From assembly GCA_965645245.1 (NCBI GenBank), contig OZ287081.1:1798001-1862000 (forward strand): a stretch of 64,000 nt of DNA. Direction: 5' to 3'. This document shows, piece after piece, positions 39,001 through 49,669 of the stretch (within the stretch, counting starts at the first letter, position 1; the number at the start of each line of letters is the position of its first letter). Source of the DNA: Massalongia carnosa (Eukaryota). Below the pieces are notes generated by a model that saw only the letters and a list, made by a program, of their open reading frames with translations, searched no databases and was not told where the DNA came from. The position numbers were made by a program, and so were the translations under genes.

Positions 39001-40166
39001 TAGCGAAGTATGTACAGCACTGTCAAGTATGCGCACGAAGCAAATCATCTCGTCAAGGGAAAATGGTAGTTCTCAGACCACTGCCCATTCCCGAGCGTCG
39101 CTGGCAAGATATCTCAATGGACTTTGTCACTGGACTGCCGGAAAGCAATGGATTCGACGCTATACTGGTCGTGATCGATCGTCTGTCGAAAAGACGTCAC
39201 TTCTCTTCATGTCTCACTACAATCAACGCTCAAGAATTGGCTGAGCTCTTTCTTCGGGATATCTGGAAACCCCATGGACTACCAAGCACCATTGTATCAG
39301 ATCGAGGAGTGCTTTTCGTGGCGGAGTTTTGGAAAAAGCTGTGTCAAGGGTTGGGAATCAAGAGTCTTCTGTCGACAGCCTTCCATCCAGAAACAGATGG
39401 GCAGACGGAGCGAGTAAATGCCTCCATGGAACAATACCTTCGCAGTTACACGGATTATCTTCAGGATGACTGGGCAAATTGGTTGCCCATGGCGGAATTT
39501 ACAGGAAACAATGTCGTGTCCGAAACGACTGGGTGCAGCCCCTTTCTTGCGGAGATGGGATACCACCCGCGTATGGGATTTGAATCAATGGAACCCTCTA
39601 GGTCCCCGGCCAGTTTGAACGCAGGGGAATTCGCCAAGAAAATGCAAGATATCACGATCGTGCTGCAAGAGGAAATGAGATTCGCGCAAGCACGATACGA
39701 AGCAGGGGCCAACGAAAATCGCGTGCCAGCACCGGTTTATCAAGTAGGAGACGCCGTATGGCTAAGCACAAAAAACATACGTACACAACGACCCGCTCGA
39801 AAGCTCGATTGGAAGAAACTAGGCCCATTCAGGATATCTAATGTGGTAAGCAAGTATGCGTATCGACTCGATCTCCCCATCGGCATGAAGATTCATCCCG
39901 TGTTTCATGTATCTCTTCTCTCGCCCGTGCCTCAAGATCCTCACCCTGATCACGTTCCACCTCCTCCTCCACCAGTCGAAGTTGACGGCGAAGAGGAGTA
40001 TGAAGTGGAGGATATCCTCGATTCTAAGAAGTTCCGGAATCGCTTGAAGTATCTGGTGCAGTGGATCGGTTGGAACGACCCCACCTGGGAGTACGCAGAG
40101 TACGTCATCAATGCCAACGAAAGAGTAGCAGACTTTCACCGACGATATCCAGAAAAGCCCCGATAA
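36075..40166 (+). CDS. Gypsy-2 pol (protease, RT, RNase H, integrase, chromodomain), uninterrupted; overlaps gag, so probably expressed by frameshifting
   Basis: LIDCGASG, AYIDDILIYS, VEVDASD, GHPG..C..C, FHPETDGQTER and EYEVEDILDS..YLVQWIGW. Confidence 0.95.
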   Translation: MPLLRGVRALCGQLSQTGTREETQAVTTQRVYPCGVDGKRCVFELSRSRRPTEGFPVSISAFSISEDSLDGRHFVVSIELSVENRVLHTHALIDCGASGYAFIDSSFAQRNSLPLTPLVRPRVLEVVDGRPAAAGMLTHLAKLKMNVNGHHEHGSFLVTQLGHYPVVLGVKWLQIHDPFVSWSRNTLTFSSSYCRLECLENKHVPLVIPGLSDLSEESPPPESASSVRLDPLEIRENKVSHANPEFLKPSEFIEHIEFIEHPEPMIRVPSSRLEPPKITKYTEHSQPPSLVPELKKSSALPMKICMIGAAPFSTLMKDRKNEIFTASLYEIEKAIQALKNPSNLSLAAASLADVAKSLKPKRFIDPATVVPEEFHDLLDVFSKQEADKLPPHRSYDHKIVLMEGAVPSSGPLYKMSAPELLVLQKYLKENLAKGFIRASSSPCSSPVLFARKPSGGLRFCVDYRALNAITVKNRYPIPLIQETLDRLAKAVIFSKFDIVAAFNKLRMQKGQEWMTAFKTRYGLFEYDVLPFGLSGGPGSFQHYINDVLREYLDAFCTAYIDDILIYSKLRKEHSIHVRKVLTALREAGLQLDIEKCEFFVTETTYLGLIISNKGIRMDPRKVQTIKDWITPKNVKDIQAFVGFANFYRRFVKNFSAIAAPLIKLTRKSVIFSWNQECETAFQRLKDAFMSDLVLMHFDPEKKIVVEVDASDWVVGGVLSQHDDEGILRPVAFFSKKHSPAEVNYEIYDKELMAIVRAFEEWRAELEGAAFPIQVISDHKNLEYFMTTKQLSRRQARWSEYLSRFDFQIVYRPGKSGGKPDALTRRSQDLPEGGDDPRVKIQHQTVLKPRNLELLANGLAKEFSEENDIESGSDQEEVKTLEELWQEALKNDPFPVKILNLLRSGARHSKVISLAECTEIDGRLHYREKMFVPDSHALKMRLCESVHDSPVAGHPGRAKTFDLLQRHYYWPRFYQFVAKYVQHCQVCARSKSSRQGKMVVLRPLPIPERRWQDISMDFVTGLPESNGFDAILVVIDRLSKRRHFSSCLTTINAQELAELFLRDIWKPHGLPSTIVSDRGVLFVAEFWKKLCQGLGIKSLLSTAFHPETDGQTERVNASMEQYLRSYTDYLQDDWANWLPMAEFTGNNVVSETTGCSPFLAEMGYHPRMGFESMEPSRSPASLNAGEFAKKMQDITIVLQEEMRFAQARYEAGANENRVPAPVYQVGDAVWLSTKNIRTQRPARKLDWKKLGPFRISNVVSKYAYRLDLPIGMKIHPVFHVSLLSPVPQDPHPDHVPPPPPPVEVDGEEEYEVEDILDSKKFRNRLKYLVQWIGWNDPTWEYAEYVINANERVADFHRRYPEKPR

Positions 40167-41485
40167 CTCACACCAACCATGAAGCAATTATGCCTGCGTA
40201 GAATCAGGCCTGAAGGAGGGAGCTACTGTCATGGTGCGAATAAGGATAATCTAGGAAAGGTAGTCACAAGAAGGTTGCTAAGATTGCTAAGCGATACCCC
40301 CGACATTTAGCGTCGCGGGAGGTAGCGCATTGGGTTTAGCGGGAAGCTAACCTCATCAAGGTTAGTAAAGGGATCAAGGAGTTATAAGAAAATCTCTGCA
40401 GCAATTGCTGCTTTCTTCTTTGTGTTCGTCTTGTTTATTTAGCATAGCTATTAGCTAGCCATCAAGACCATCATCACCACCACTTGAGTAGGCCTTCTAT
40501 TGCCACCCGTTACATTTAGTCTTCGCTGTTTTCTCAGGCTCTCGTTTTATTGAAACGTCTACAATGTCTTCGACGATTCAGACGAACAATGAAAGCGCTT
40601 TTCTTGCCTTATCAGGAGGCGGAATCTGTATGTATCGCAAAATCTTGGAAGACCCAACTCTACCGCCCGGTTTGATCTTTAATTTCCGAGTTCTTCCCGG
40701 TGGTATTGTCCATCACGGAGCTCAGTTCAAAGCGGTTAAGAGCTTATATAAGGATGACAGATATTATTCCGAGAAGGCAAAGTCGAATGTATTTCTCCTC
40801 GATGAGAGTATTCAGACTTCTGTAACAACTGTGGTAGAAGAGACTGATGATGCCTTTCTCTTAAACGTGTTTTATCGGATTCTGTATTCCACCAGAATTA
40901 CTGATACCTATTCCACCTTTCTGAATCCCGAGATTTTGCTTGACATATTGCGTGAAATAATAGAGATGTGGGCCTGTTCAGGTGGCTGCCAACCATTAAA
41001 TAATTTAGAAAGGGTCTCTACAGAACATTCGTTATGGAGAAACTCTTCTGCTTGGACGATCAAGGTCGAACCAAATTCCATGAAGATAACTCAAGATATT
41101 CTGAATCAAGTGCGAGAGCCCGCTGAGAAATGGATGTTGACGTGTTCAAGATCTCTTACCCCGTACAAGTTCAATAGAATATTCACTACGGAAAGTGATT
41201 CATTTACGATGATGGTTAACAACCCGTTCATATTATATTTATACTTGAACGATCGACCTTCAGAATATATTGCTCTTTTCCCTTACATGACGTGTCTTTC
41301 TTGTTCAATCGAGCTTGGATATTGGACAAAATGCTACTCACATTTTTTTTCCCATTATGTGGACACAATAACAGACATCGCAGATTTAATAACACCTGGT
41401 AACAATACCTCGATGATCAGGTGGGAGTTAACAACACCCGCAAAGGAACCGTATCAAGGAAATGATAACGTTCATCCAAGTCACC

Positions 41486-42021
41486 TGTCAAGGGACTAGA
41501 TTGGATAGTCAAGCTTTCTAATTGACTGAGTCTATAGCTACAGCTAGGCTAGATTGGCTATTCAAGACATCGGACAAGGAGCCAGAACTTTCGAGACTCG
41601 ACCCCTTCTTTTATATCTGTTCCTCACCTCTTTACCCCTTTGTTTCCTTGATCTTCGATGTCTCCTCCTTTTCCTAAGTTAATACGAAGACACCTAATGG
41701 GGACCGGGTAATTATGGTTTCGAAGATCGGAGGCGGAGCCGTACTCGATCTAACCGCATCGAGAAAGGTTGGAACAGCGGGTACTGACCAATGAAGCTGT
41801 GGTAGGTCTAATGAACCTGCGGTAGGTCCAATGAACCCGCGGTAGGTCCAATGAACCCTCGGTAGTTCCAATGAACCTGCGTTGAGTCCAATGAACCTGC
41901 GTTAGGTCCAGTGAACCCGCGGTAGCTCCAATGAACCTGCTGTACGGTAGGTAGGGACAGGATAGAGGGGACAACTAGGGATAAGGCCGAGATCCTTTTG
42001 GTTCGAAGCCGTTTCATGACA
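41486..42021 (-). mobile_element. Solo LTR of the Gypsy-1 family
   Basis: Slightly diverged copy of 22805-23348; flanks gtcacc / atcacc form an imperfect duplication. Confidence 0.93.
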
Positions 42022-42179
42022 ATCACCTTTTGTGTGTACTCGGTAGCCAGCCATTCAATAAGTGCAATACTTGCTAACCGAGTGACACTTATATCAGTGG
42101 TGATATTGGCAGGAAACCTACCAATTAGTGTGGTCTAATCGGTTAACACATATATATCCTCTACTGCGCTAGTATATAT

Positions 42180-43128
42180 TGTTATGGAATTACCTCTCAC
42201 CTTCCCACGTTTCCTGATCGGGTTAGTATTTAACAGGCTTTCTTGCCGTGAAACCTGCCCTGCATGTTGAATAGAACCGTGGCCCGTTATTCCGAACTAT
42301 CCTGAAACCTCACTCCATGTATTCAGACTTTCTTCCGCTGCCTTCAGTGCACTCCCAAACTCCTATATCCCGAACCCAATCTCAACGTCTCCACTATCCA
42401 AGCCTACGACTGGGATTGCCTAGCAGAGAGAGATTGCTTCGGCAAGGAAAAAGGCGGAGCAGGTCAAAGCGATCATGGTTAGGAAATTAGAACAGGAACA
42501 GAGATAAGGGCAAGTCAAGAATAGGGGAGTTGGAAGCCATGGCTATAAAACCTATGTGGTTTCTCAAGTGTTTGGAGCTCTTCGTCGGACGTCTTGTATA
42601 CTATCCCTAGACCTAGCTTTCTAATAGTAACTCTTGCATATCTCCCTATCTAGACCTTGTCCGTGACACCTATGTAAGATAGTCGTCACGCAACCCTCTA
42701 GTAGCTATAGGAACGAAATCGAAAGTGCCTACGTGTTCCATCTACGATTGCCCTAGGCGGTCCCGAGTGCCGAGTGTCATGGAGTGACTGGGCACCTGCC
42801 AGTTAGTTCATTGAACCAACCTTAGCTGCTTAAACGAAGCACTAGCCGGCTAGCCGATCCGAAAGGAACTAAGCTTAATCCGGTTCAGTCAGGGCAAAGG
42901 TAAGTGTTCCGACTGTCAATAGTGTCATAGCGATAGTTTCATGCCAGGGACTTGGGGGAAATTGGATTAACGGCTGGATTGGGACTAGTTCCGTTCGCCA
43001 GAGTCTTATACTCGCCCACGTTGGATTTCTGTTTCTTTTCTCCTTGTCGAACGTCTTGTCTACCTAGCTAGACAATCAAGTAATACGTTTGCACCGCCTG
43101 AATTCCTACCAGACCTCACACCGTGACA
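42180..43128. mobile_element. Probable LTR remnants (one or two TG..CA units: about 42180-42668 and 42673-43120)
   Basis: TGTTA..TGACA and TGTAAG..CTCACA ends, TATA-like ctataaaa and repeated ccgtgacacc; no clean TSD. Confidence 0.4.
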
Positions 43129-43166
43129 CCGAGGTCGTGCCGTGTAGAATCGTGAAAGAATTCGAT

Positions 43167-43205
43167 ATTTATCGTATTTATCGTATTTATCGTATTTATC
43201 GTATT
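43167..43205. repeat. (ATTTATCGT)4 minisatellite
   Basis: Directly visible. Confidence 0.9.
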
Positions 43206-44027
43206 GAAACGGGGAGACCGTCTCCCAGCAGGCATTCACTACTGGAAGAGGGGATCCACAGGGGCTACACAACGTGATGGTCACAATAGAGGTACAAATA
43301 GGTAGGGTCGGGTCAAAGGGTAGACTAAATGCTACCCTTTTGAAGTGCTTGATCATTGATCTATATAGGATAGGACAATCCATAACCTAAGCTCTTCTTC
43401 CATACCTTGCCCATACTACCTGGTATTTTCGGACTCCGAAATACTTCGGATACCGAAAGACACGGGTAGATAAGACTAGGCAGGTGAGCTAGGGGAGGTG
43501 AGGCGAGGCGAGGGGATACTTCGTGTACTACGAAAACACCTCCATAATAAGTTAAGTCCCCACACTATGCCTAACTGGGTTAGGCGGGACCTTATTGTCT
43601 TGGTGGTTGTTTTGGCTGTACGTATCCCACATAGCCACATAGGCCAGTCTTACGTTCAACGAACGCATACTAGGCCTACCCTATTACACGTATTTATCAA
43701 TTTAATAATTTAATTATTCTGGTATTTCTTATTTATTTACAAATAATAAACCATTGATCACATGAAAAATTCTAGTAATTATGATCTTTGTGACACGAAG
43801 ATCGTGTCAGGTCACGCACGTCCTGACATAAGTGAATCGGTAGTTATAACCGATCTCCGATCTCTGACTAGGACACGGCTCGTGTTCGTAATCTTCTTTT
43901 TATTGTACCAATCATAATCACTGTAATTAAATCAACGGACTGGTGACCCTAAGAAGTAGGGCTATAGGATAAAGACCGGATCGCCCACTTCTTTCGAGGG
44001 GTCACTGATCAGTTTATTGATTTACTA

Positions 44028-46631
44028 CTCTCTAATCATCGGCTCGCTTAGTGGGATCCGACTCGGAGGCCGTCGCCTCCTAGTCGGGGAAAGCGATTTT
44101 CATCCGGAAAGCGATTTGCATCAATTCAAACTGAAATTTTTGACCATTTTTCACCTTTTACCCTCAACTACATTGATCAATCATTACTTAATATCGTAAA
44201 AAGCTTGAAAGCATCGTCGTCGTCATCGTTGTCATCAAAATTATCCCCCCCCCTCAATTTTCGATCCTTTATTATCGCATTTGCAACTTTCGAAAAGAGG
44301 TTTTCAACCTTCCTTCGTACCATGGAAAATAATGCCTCAATCTTGGTTTCCACTCTCAGCCCCATGGAAAGATTGGAAGAAGCGAAGCAGTTTCTGATTG
44401 ATCATCCCGAAGAAAGCAAGGCTGCTGCGTCAAAAATCTACAATTTTAACGTTAAAACGTTTACGTCTTATGTTCGTCGTAATCCGAAAGAAGGACAGAA
44501 AAAAGATGGGAAAAAAAAGGGGGGAGAAAATCAGATACTGAAAGAGCATGAAGCTAGGGCTTTAGATGGATTCATTAAATCCTTATTGATACATGGAATT
44601 CCACCTACGCATCACATGGCTTTTAATGCAATTGTAAGTCTGAGAAAGGCTCATAAATTAAAAGCTCCATCAAGACGATTGTTTCGGTCTTGGTGGAAAC
44701 GTAGCAATTTACACAAGATTAAAACCAAACCATTACCAATGATTTGCTTTGAAGCCGCTGAAGAATCAGATGTGATCAAATGGTTTGATGGCTACAAAGA
44801 GGTATTGAGAGAATTGAAAATCAGAAGAAGACGAAACATTCAAAACTTTGATGAAGCTGGTTTTCGAATTGGATGCATGAAGGGTCAGGAAATCTATGTT
44901 CCTATGGAAATCAAGCAATTCTACGCCGTCAGCCCGGAGAATCGCAGATCTGCGACGGTCATTGAGACGATCAATACTGCTGGCGACTATCCCCTCCCCC
45001 CATGATCATCATACAGGGTCAGGAAATCATGGCGACGTGGTTTTCGGAGGATTTGCCGGTAGGCACGCGTATTGTGCCTTCCGATAGTGGTTTCACATCT
45101 GATAAGATAGCAATTGAATATTTGAAGCATCTCATTCAAAATTCGGATGTAGGACCTAATGCAGATTGGAAATTGCTCCTGATGGATAATAATGGGAGTC
45201 ACGTTACTCCTGAATTTGTACTTCTGGCCAATGAAAACCACATTCGTCCCTACCCACTAATTCCACATTTGACTCATTACATGCAGCCATTGGATGTCGG
45301 CGTATTTCAGCCCTATAAGCACTGGCATCAACAGGCTATTGAGGAGAATGTTGCATCGTCATTTGTCGAGTATTCCCTGACTCGGTTTCTTCAGGATTTG
45401 ATCAAAATTAGAAACCAGACATTCAAAGCTTCTACAATCCGACATGCATTTGAAAATTCGGGAATGTGGCCGGTCAATCCAGAAGCATGCATTCGTCGGC
45501 TGAAACAATTCATTCTCAACAATTCTAGTGTGAACAATTCTGATCTGACTGATCAGCCCTTAGTTTCTCTACCTCGTCAAATTCAACCTAGGGATATAGT
45601 CGAAATAGAACATGGATTGCGTCAATGGGGGTCAAAAATTCAAGAATCTATGCAATGGAGTGATCCCGCCCGAGCAGGGGAATTTGATTCTTTTATAGCT
45701 GGTACGAAAGAGATCATTTCGAAGTCTATACTCGGAGAAGCGGAGCTTGAAATGTATCAGCAGTAAAGAACGAATCAGCTAAACAGCAGACGAATATCTC
45801 GTAAAAGATTGAGACCTGAAATCGGATGATTGGGAATAACCGCTGAAGATGCGAAGCAAGCTATAGCCATAAAGCTACAAAAAGATCAGGAAATTGAGAA
45901 GAAAAAGGAGAATAATAACTTCATGAAGCTGTAGAGAACGGAAAGAGACGAAATTCATGTCAAAGGGGTGACTGCTCGAAAAGCAGAAAGGGATCGAGTC
46001 GAACGACTAAAAGAGATGCAGAAAGGGCTCGGTGCTATCTCAGTTGAGATGTATAAGGAGATTCCTGACCCCGAGGGATTATGGAAAGCGACGAATGAGG
46101 TGTGGATAGCTGAGGAAGCGAAAAAAGAAGCCAGAAAGAATCCATCTGCATCTGCTCGTGCCAATGTTGAAGAAAACGTCACATTTATTGTAGATGAGAC
46201 TGAAGCTAGAAATGGAGGCATTTCGAACATTTCGAACATTCCGGACATTCCAGAAGAAGAAGCATGGCTACGAGTTGATTTTGTGTCTTTCGATCCAGGT
46301 TTCGAATCGGGAGATGCTTCGAATTGTGAGGGGGATGCGGGGTATGCGGGGTATCAGGAAGATCAGAATAATCAGGGTGGTCAGGGTAGTCAAGGGGGTC
46401 AGGGGGGTCAGAGGGATGATTTTAATGACGGCTTTGATGATGACGATGCCTTTCGAGCTTTGTATGAAATTTAGAATCAATAAATCAATGTGGTTGAGGG
46501 TAAAAGGTGAAAAATGGTCAGAATTTCAGTTTGAATGGATGCAAATCGCTTTCCGAATGCAAATCGCTTTCCCCGACTAGGAGGCGACGGCCTCCGAGTC
46601 GGATCCCAATAAGCGAGCCGACGATTATTCG
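44028..46631 (+). mobile_element. pogo/Fot1-like DNA transposon with degenerate transposase (44322-46474)
   Basis: Long TIRs (about 44033-44177 vs 46476-46627) and TA at both flanks; NFDEAGF, LLLMDNNGSH and HYMQPLDVGVFQPYK; frameshift near 45000 and later stops. Confidence 0.93.
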
Positions 46632-46842
46632 TACATTCATCACGAATCCATATAGTAGTCACGCTGTTAGGCTTGACCCCTTACAGATCGTTCGAAACGA
46701 TAAAAATTCTAATGTTTGTAGTAATAATCAATTGAAGTTGAAAGTGAAAACGTTTGAGAATCGATTATTTGCAAAAATCCGATCAATGACAGCACTACGC
46801 CGCACAACTGGTCGGGATTCTCTACTGAAAACCTAACCCGTT

Positions 46843-46924
46843 TGTGGCGAACCCTATAATTTTTAGTGTCCGGGTTGAGTTTTGAAAGAAAAACCCGGTG
46901 GCGAAAAAGCAATTTTGTGGCGAA
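46843..46924 (+). promoter_or_regulatory. Three Rpn4/PACE-like motifs (K-GTGGCGAA) upstream of the proteasome gene
   Basis: tgtggcgaa at 46843, ggtggcgaa at 46897 and tgtggcgaa at 46916; the yeast PACE is GGTGGCAAA; 500-590 bp before the ATG. Confidence 0.5.
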
Positions 46925-47430
46925 AACCCAACCCGCTGCGCGGTGTAGACAGCACAATATCGGAGAATTGAAAGTCAATCGTTTCGGAGGCCGAAAGTCA
47001 ATCATTTGCGGATGTCGCTGACATGCATCGTTTCTTTCCTTTCATGATCCTTCACTTACATTCGGGGCATTTCTTTCTGCTCTCTCGTTGGGGAACCGGC
47101 AGCGATGATGTCGGTGGAATTGTAGGCTCACTGCCTTGTGAAGCCACTCAATGTAGTTCTCACGGAAGAAGTGCGGGAAATATCAACGTTGTTAGCACCC
47201 TTCGTTTTTTTACGGAGCTGAGCCGACAGTTGCTTACTACTCGTTGGGGTTGGGAAGGTGGGGCTTGCATAATAATGCTTAGTCTTACTGCAGTCCCTTG
47301 CCGCGGTAAACCTGCACCCATCATCCAACGAACTTGTCTTCAACTATGTTACTCATCTTCGTCCGAACGGTCGTCTCTGCAGAAAGATCAGCCATAGCAC
47401 CCAAGTTGATTTGATATTGTAAAACACTCA

Positions 47431-48252
47431 ATGGCTTATTTTCATATCGAAGGTTCAATTTGCCCTTCGTCTGAGGTGCTCCAAGCACAGAAAGAGAATG
47501 TCTGTGGCCAGAAAAATCATTCGTTCTATCCGTCAGCGTCACCTGTCCCATGGGTCTGACTCCTCCTAATATCATACAGATACACAGACAACGGCGGCTC
47601 AATCCTAGGCATCAGCAGCGGTAACTTCGCGGTACTTGCCGGCGACACTCGCTCTACCAATGGCTACTCCATCAACTCTCGTTGTGAGCCTAAAGTCTTT
47701 CGTATCGGCTCGGACGACCGCATCGTCCTCGCCCTTGTTGGTTTCGCCGCAGACGGCAAAGAGCTCAAGGAACGTCTTGACACGATGTGCAACATGTATC
47801 AATTTAAACATGGAAAATCCATCAGCGTGACCGCGTGCGCTCACCGACTCTCCACGTTGCTGTATGCTAAGCGGTTCTTCCCTTATCAGGTGCAAGCTAT
47901 TCTCGCGGGACTGGATGAAGAGGGGAATGGAGCTTTGTACAGCTATGATCCCGCAGGCAGCTATAAAAGAGATCAATGTGCAGCAGCCGGGGCTGCCGCG
48001 AGTTTGATCATGCCGTTCCTCGATAATCAAGTGACTTTCAATAACCAATATGTTCCAGGCAACGGAGCTGGGGCCACGGAGTTGGAGTCGAGGCCCGAGG
48101 AGCTGTGGTCCAGAGATGCTGTGATAGAATTGGTCATGGATGCGTTTGATAATGCTACGGAGAGACATATAGAAGTTGGTGATGGCCTGCAACTTATGGT
48201 TCTTACCGAAAATGGGATACAGGAGATCTTCACACCTCTGAAAAGAGATTAG
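47431..48252 (+). CDS. PRE7: 20S proteasome subunit beta6 (Pre7/PSMB1 family), divergent, 257 aa; exons 47431-47531 and 47580-48252
   Basis: FYP|YTDNGGS, LAGDTR, GFAADG, KRFFPY, SLIMPFLDNQV, ERHIEVGDGL and C-terminal LKRD; a 48-nt GT..AG intron with ctaat branch point gives an uninterrupted frame. Confidence 0.95.
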
Positions 48253-49669
48253 GGCTTCCACGGGTAAGTGGTTGAGGAATGATGACGTGAAAAGTCAATT
48301 GACTGGCGAAATGTAGATCCTAATACCGTTTTATCTGGCAGATAAAATGCTGGTTTTATGGGCGAATTGGTCGTCGAGAGGTCGTTTGGGACAAGATTTT
48401 ATGGGTTAACAGGTCCTATGAATGGAGGGGGTCTTCTGGGGGGGAGGGGGCTGAGACAGCGCCTAGAAACAGCAAAAGCCTTCTCCGAAGACTTTCGTGG
48501 ATCCTTTTATCAAGAAATGGAGTAGGTAATGAAGGAAGAATTGAAAAGTGAAGTGAATCATCCGAATGCTGTTTGTGGTGATGAGAAGACTGAAAATCAA
48601 AGAGAATGATGAAATGAATGCAGATGAGAATTGATTTTCGGATCAAATTGACTTCAGGAAATGGTATACAGATTTTGATGAAATTTGTATATAAATTCAT
48701 GTACTTCTTCGAACTGAAAAGGACCGGGCTCCCATCAATGATGAGATTTAGGTTCTATGACACAAGAGGGTTTTCAAGCTTGGTGGGGTTTTATCTGTCA
48801 AATAATACGATATACTATATACGACAATCCCACTTCCACTATATTAACCGGAATCCTATCGGAAAGTCAACTCTCAAAATCAAGCTTCACGACCGTACTG
48901 CTGTAGACGCGATGAGTCGCAGTACATGCAAGTTCCACTTAGTGCGCCCAAGTCCCGGTGAACCTTTCAATCTCTGCCGATATATAAGAGAGAGCAATCC
49001 GGAACTCCGTGAATCACGTTGGCCTTTGCTCGATGGCAGCCGTGGAGGACGAGAGGTAAACTGGTTCTTTGGGAGAAGGAAAAATCCGTAGCTCGACCGT
49101 AATTCTTTCGTAGGAATTTGCAATTGAACCCTCAAAAGTGGCACGCCGAGAGATACGCGCCGTCTTGTATCCCGAGAGATGTCTCACTTTGATCCTCCTT
49201 TGTCTCGTTTGATTGAATGTTTTTGAAAGGTCAGATTCGTGCGAGTCCGATGGTGTCGAGTCCGCGCGCAACCTTTTTATGGTTGTGTCCACAAATCGCA
49301 ATGGCAATCGAAGCGTGAGCTGATGCTCAAGAACTGGCCAAGTGCGCTCCACTATTTGGGAGCCTAGATAATGATCCTCGATGAAGTTGCTCACCGCGTT
49401 GAGGTATTTGACTCCAACGGGGACGATATGCGCGCCAGGGTGAGTTATTCTGATGTTGTCAAACCTGAATGTGGTCGATTCTCATCGCCGATCCTCGACC
49501 CCCTGTCGCGGCAGATGCCGCTAAGCTACGCCATTTCTTCCACACCTTTACCCCTCAATTTGCCGGGGTTAATATCGTTGCTGCCATGACCCCTTTTCCC
49601 TTCTATATAGGTAGCTAGATGTGGGCATTTCCCACATACAGAACACAGCCTTTTTCATCCTTCCTGAAT

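Larger units (their letters stand above)
34405..40514 (+). mobile_element. Ty3/Gypsy chromovirus LTR retrotransposon (Gypsy-2); LTRs 34405-34693 and 40227-40514
   Basis: Near-identical TG..CA LTRs, 5-bp TSD TTTAG, polypurine tract gaaggagggagctac; gag about 34756-36210 with knuckle CRYCGESGHFAANC, interrupted by a solo LTR. Confidence 0.97.
30746..41499 (+). pseudogene. Uncharacterised fungal gene disrupted by a piggyBac-like and a Gypsy insertion (pieces 30746-32169, 34314-34404 and 40520-41485)
   Basis: Frame continues across both insertions (PSINGLILLY|RRQALAVD...FVLSL|VFAVFSG...LALSGGGICMY); premature stop at 31028 and a frameshift near 31800; 3' end runs into a solo LTR. Confidence 0.75.

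Noticed and set aside
47605..48261. 218-aa minus-strand ORF
   Set aside because: Antisense shadow of the proteasome beta6 exon.
48880..49590. Possible NRPS or transcription-factor remnant between beta6 and the esterase
   Set aside because: Only short frames with no adenylation, condensation, zinc-finger or bZIP motif that I can support; a translated profile search is needed.
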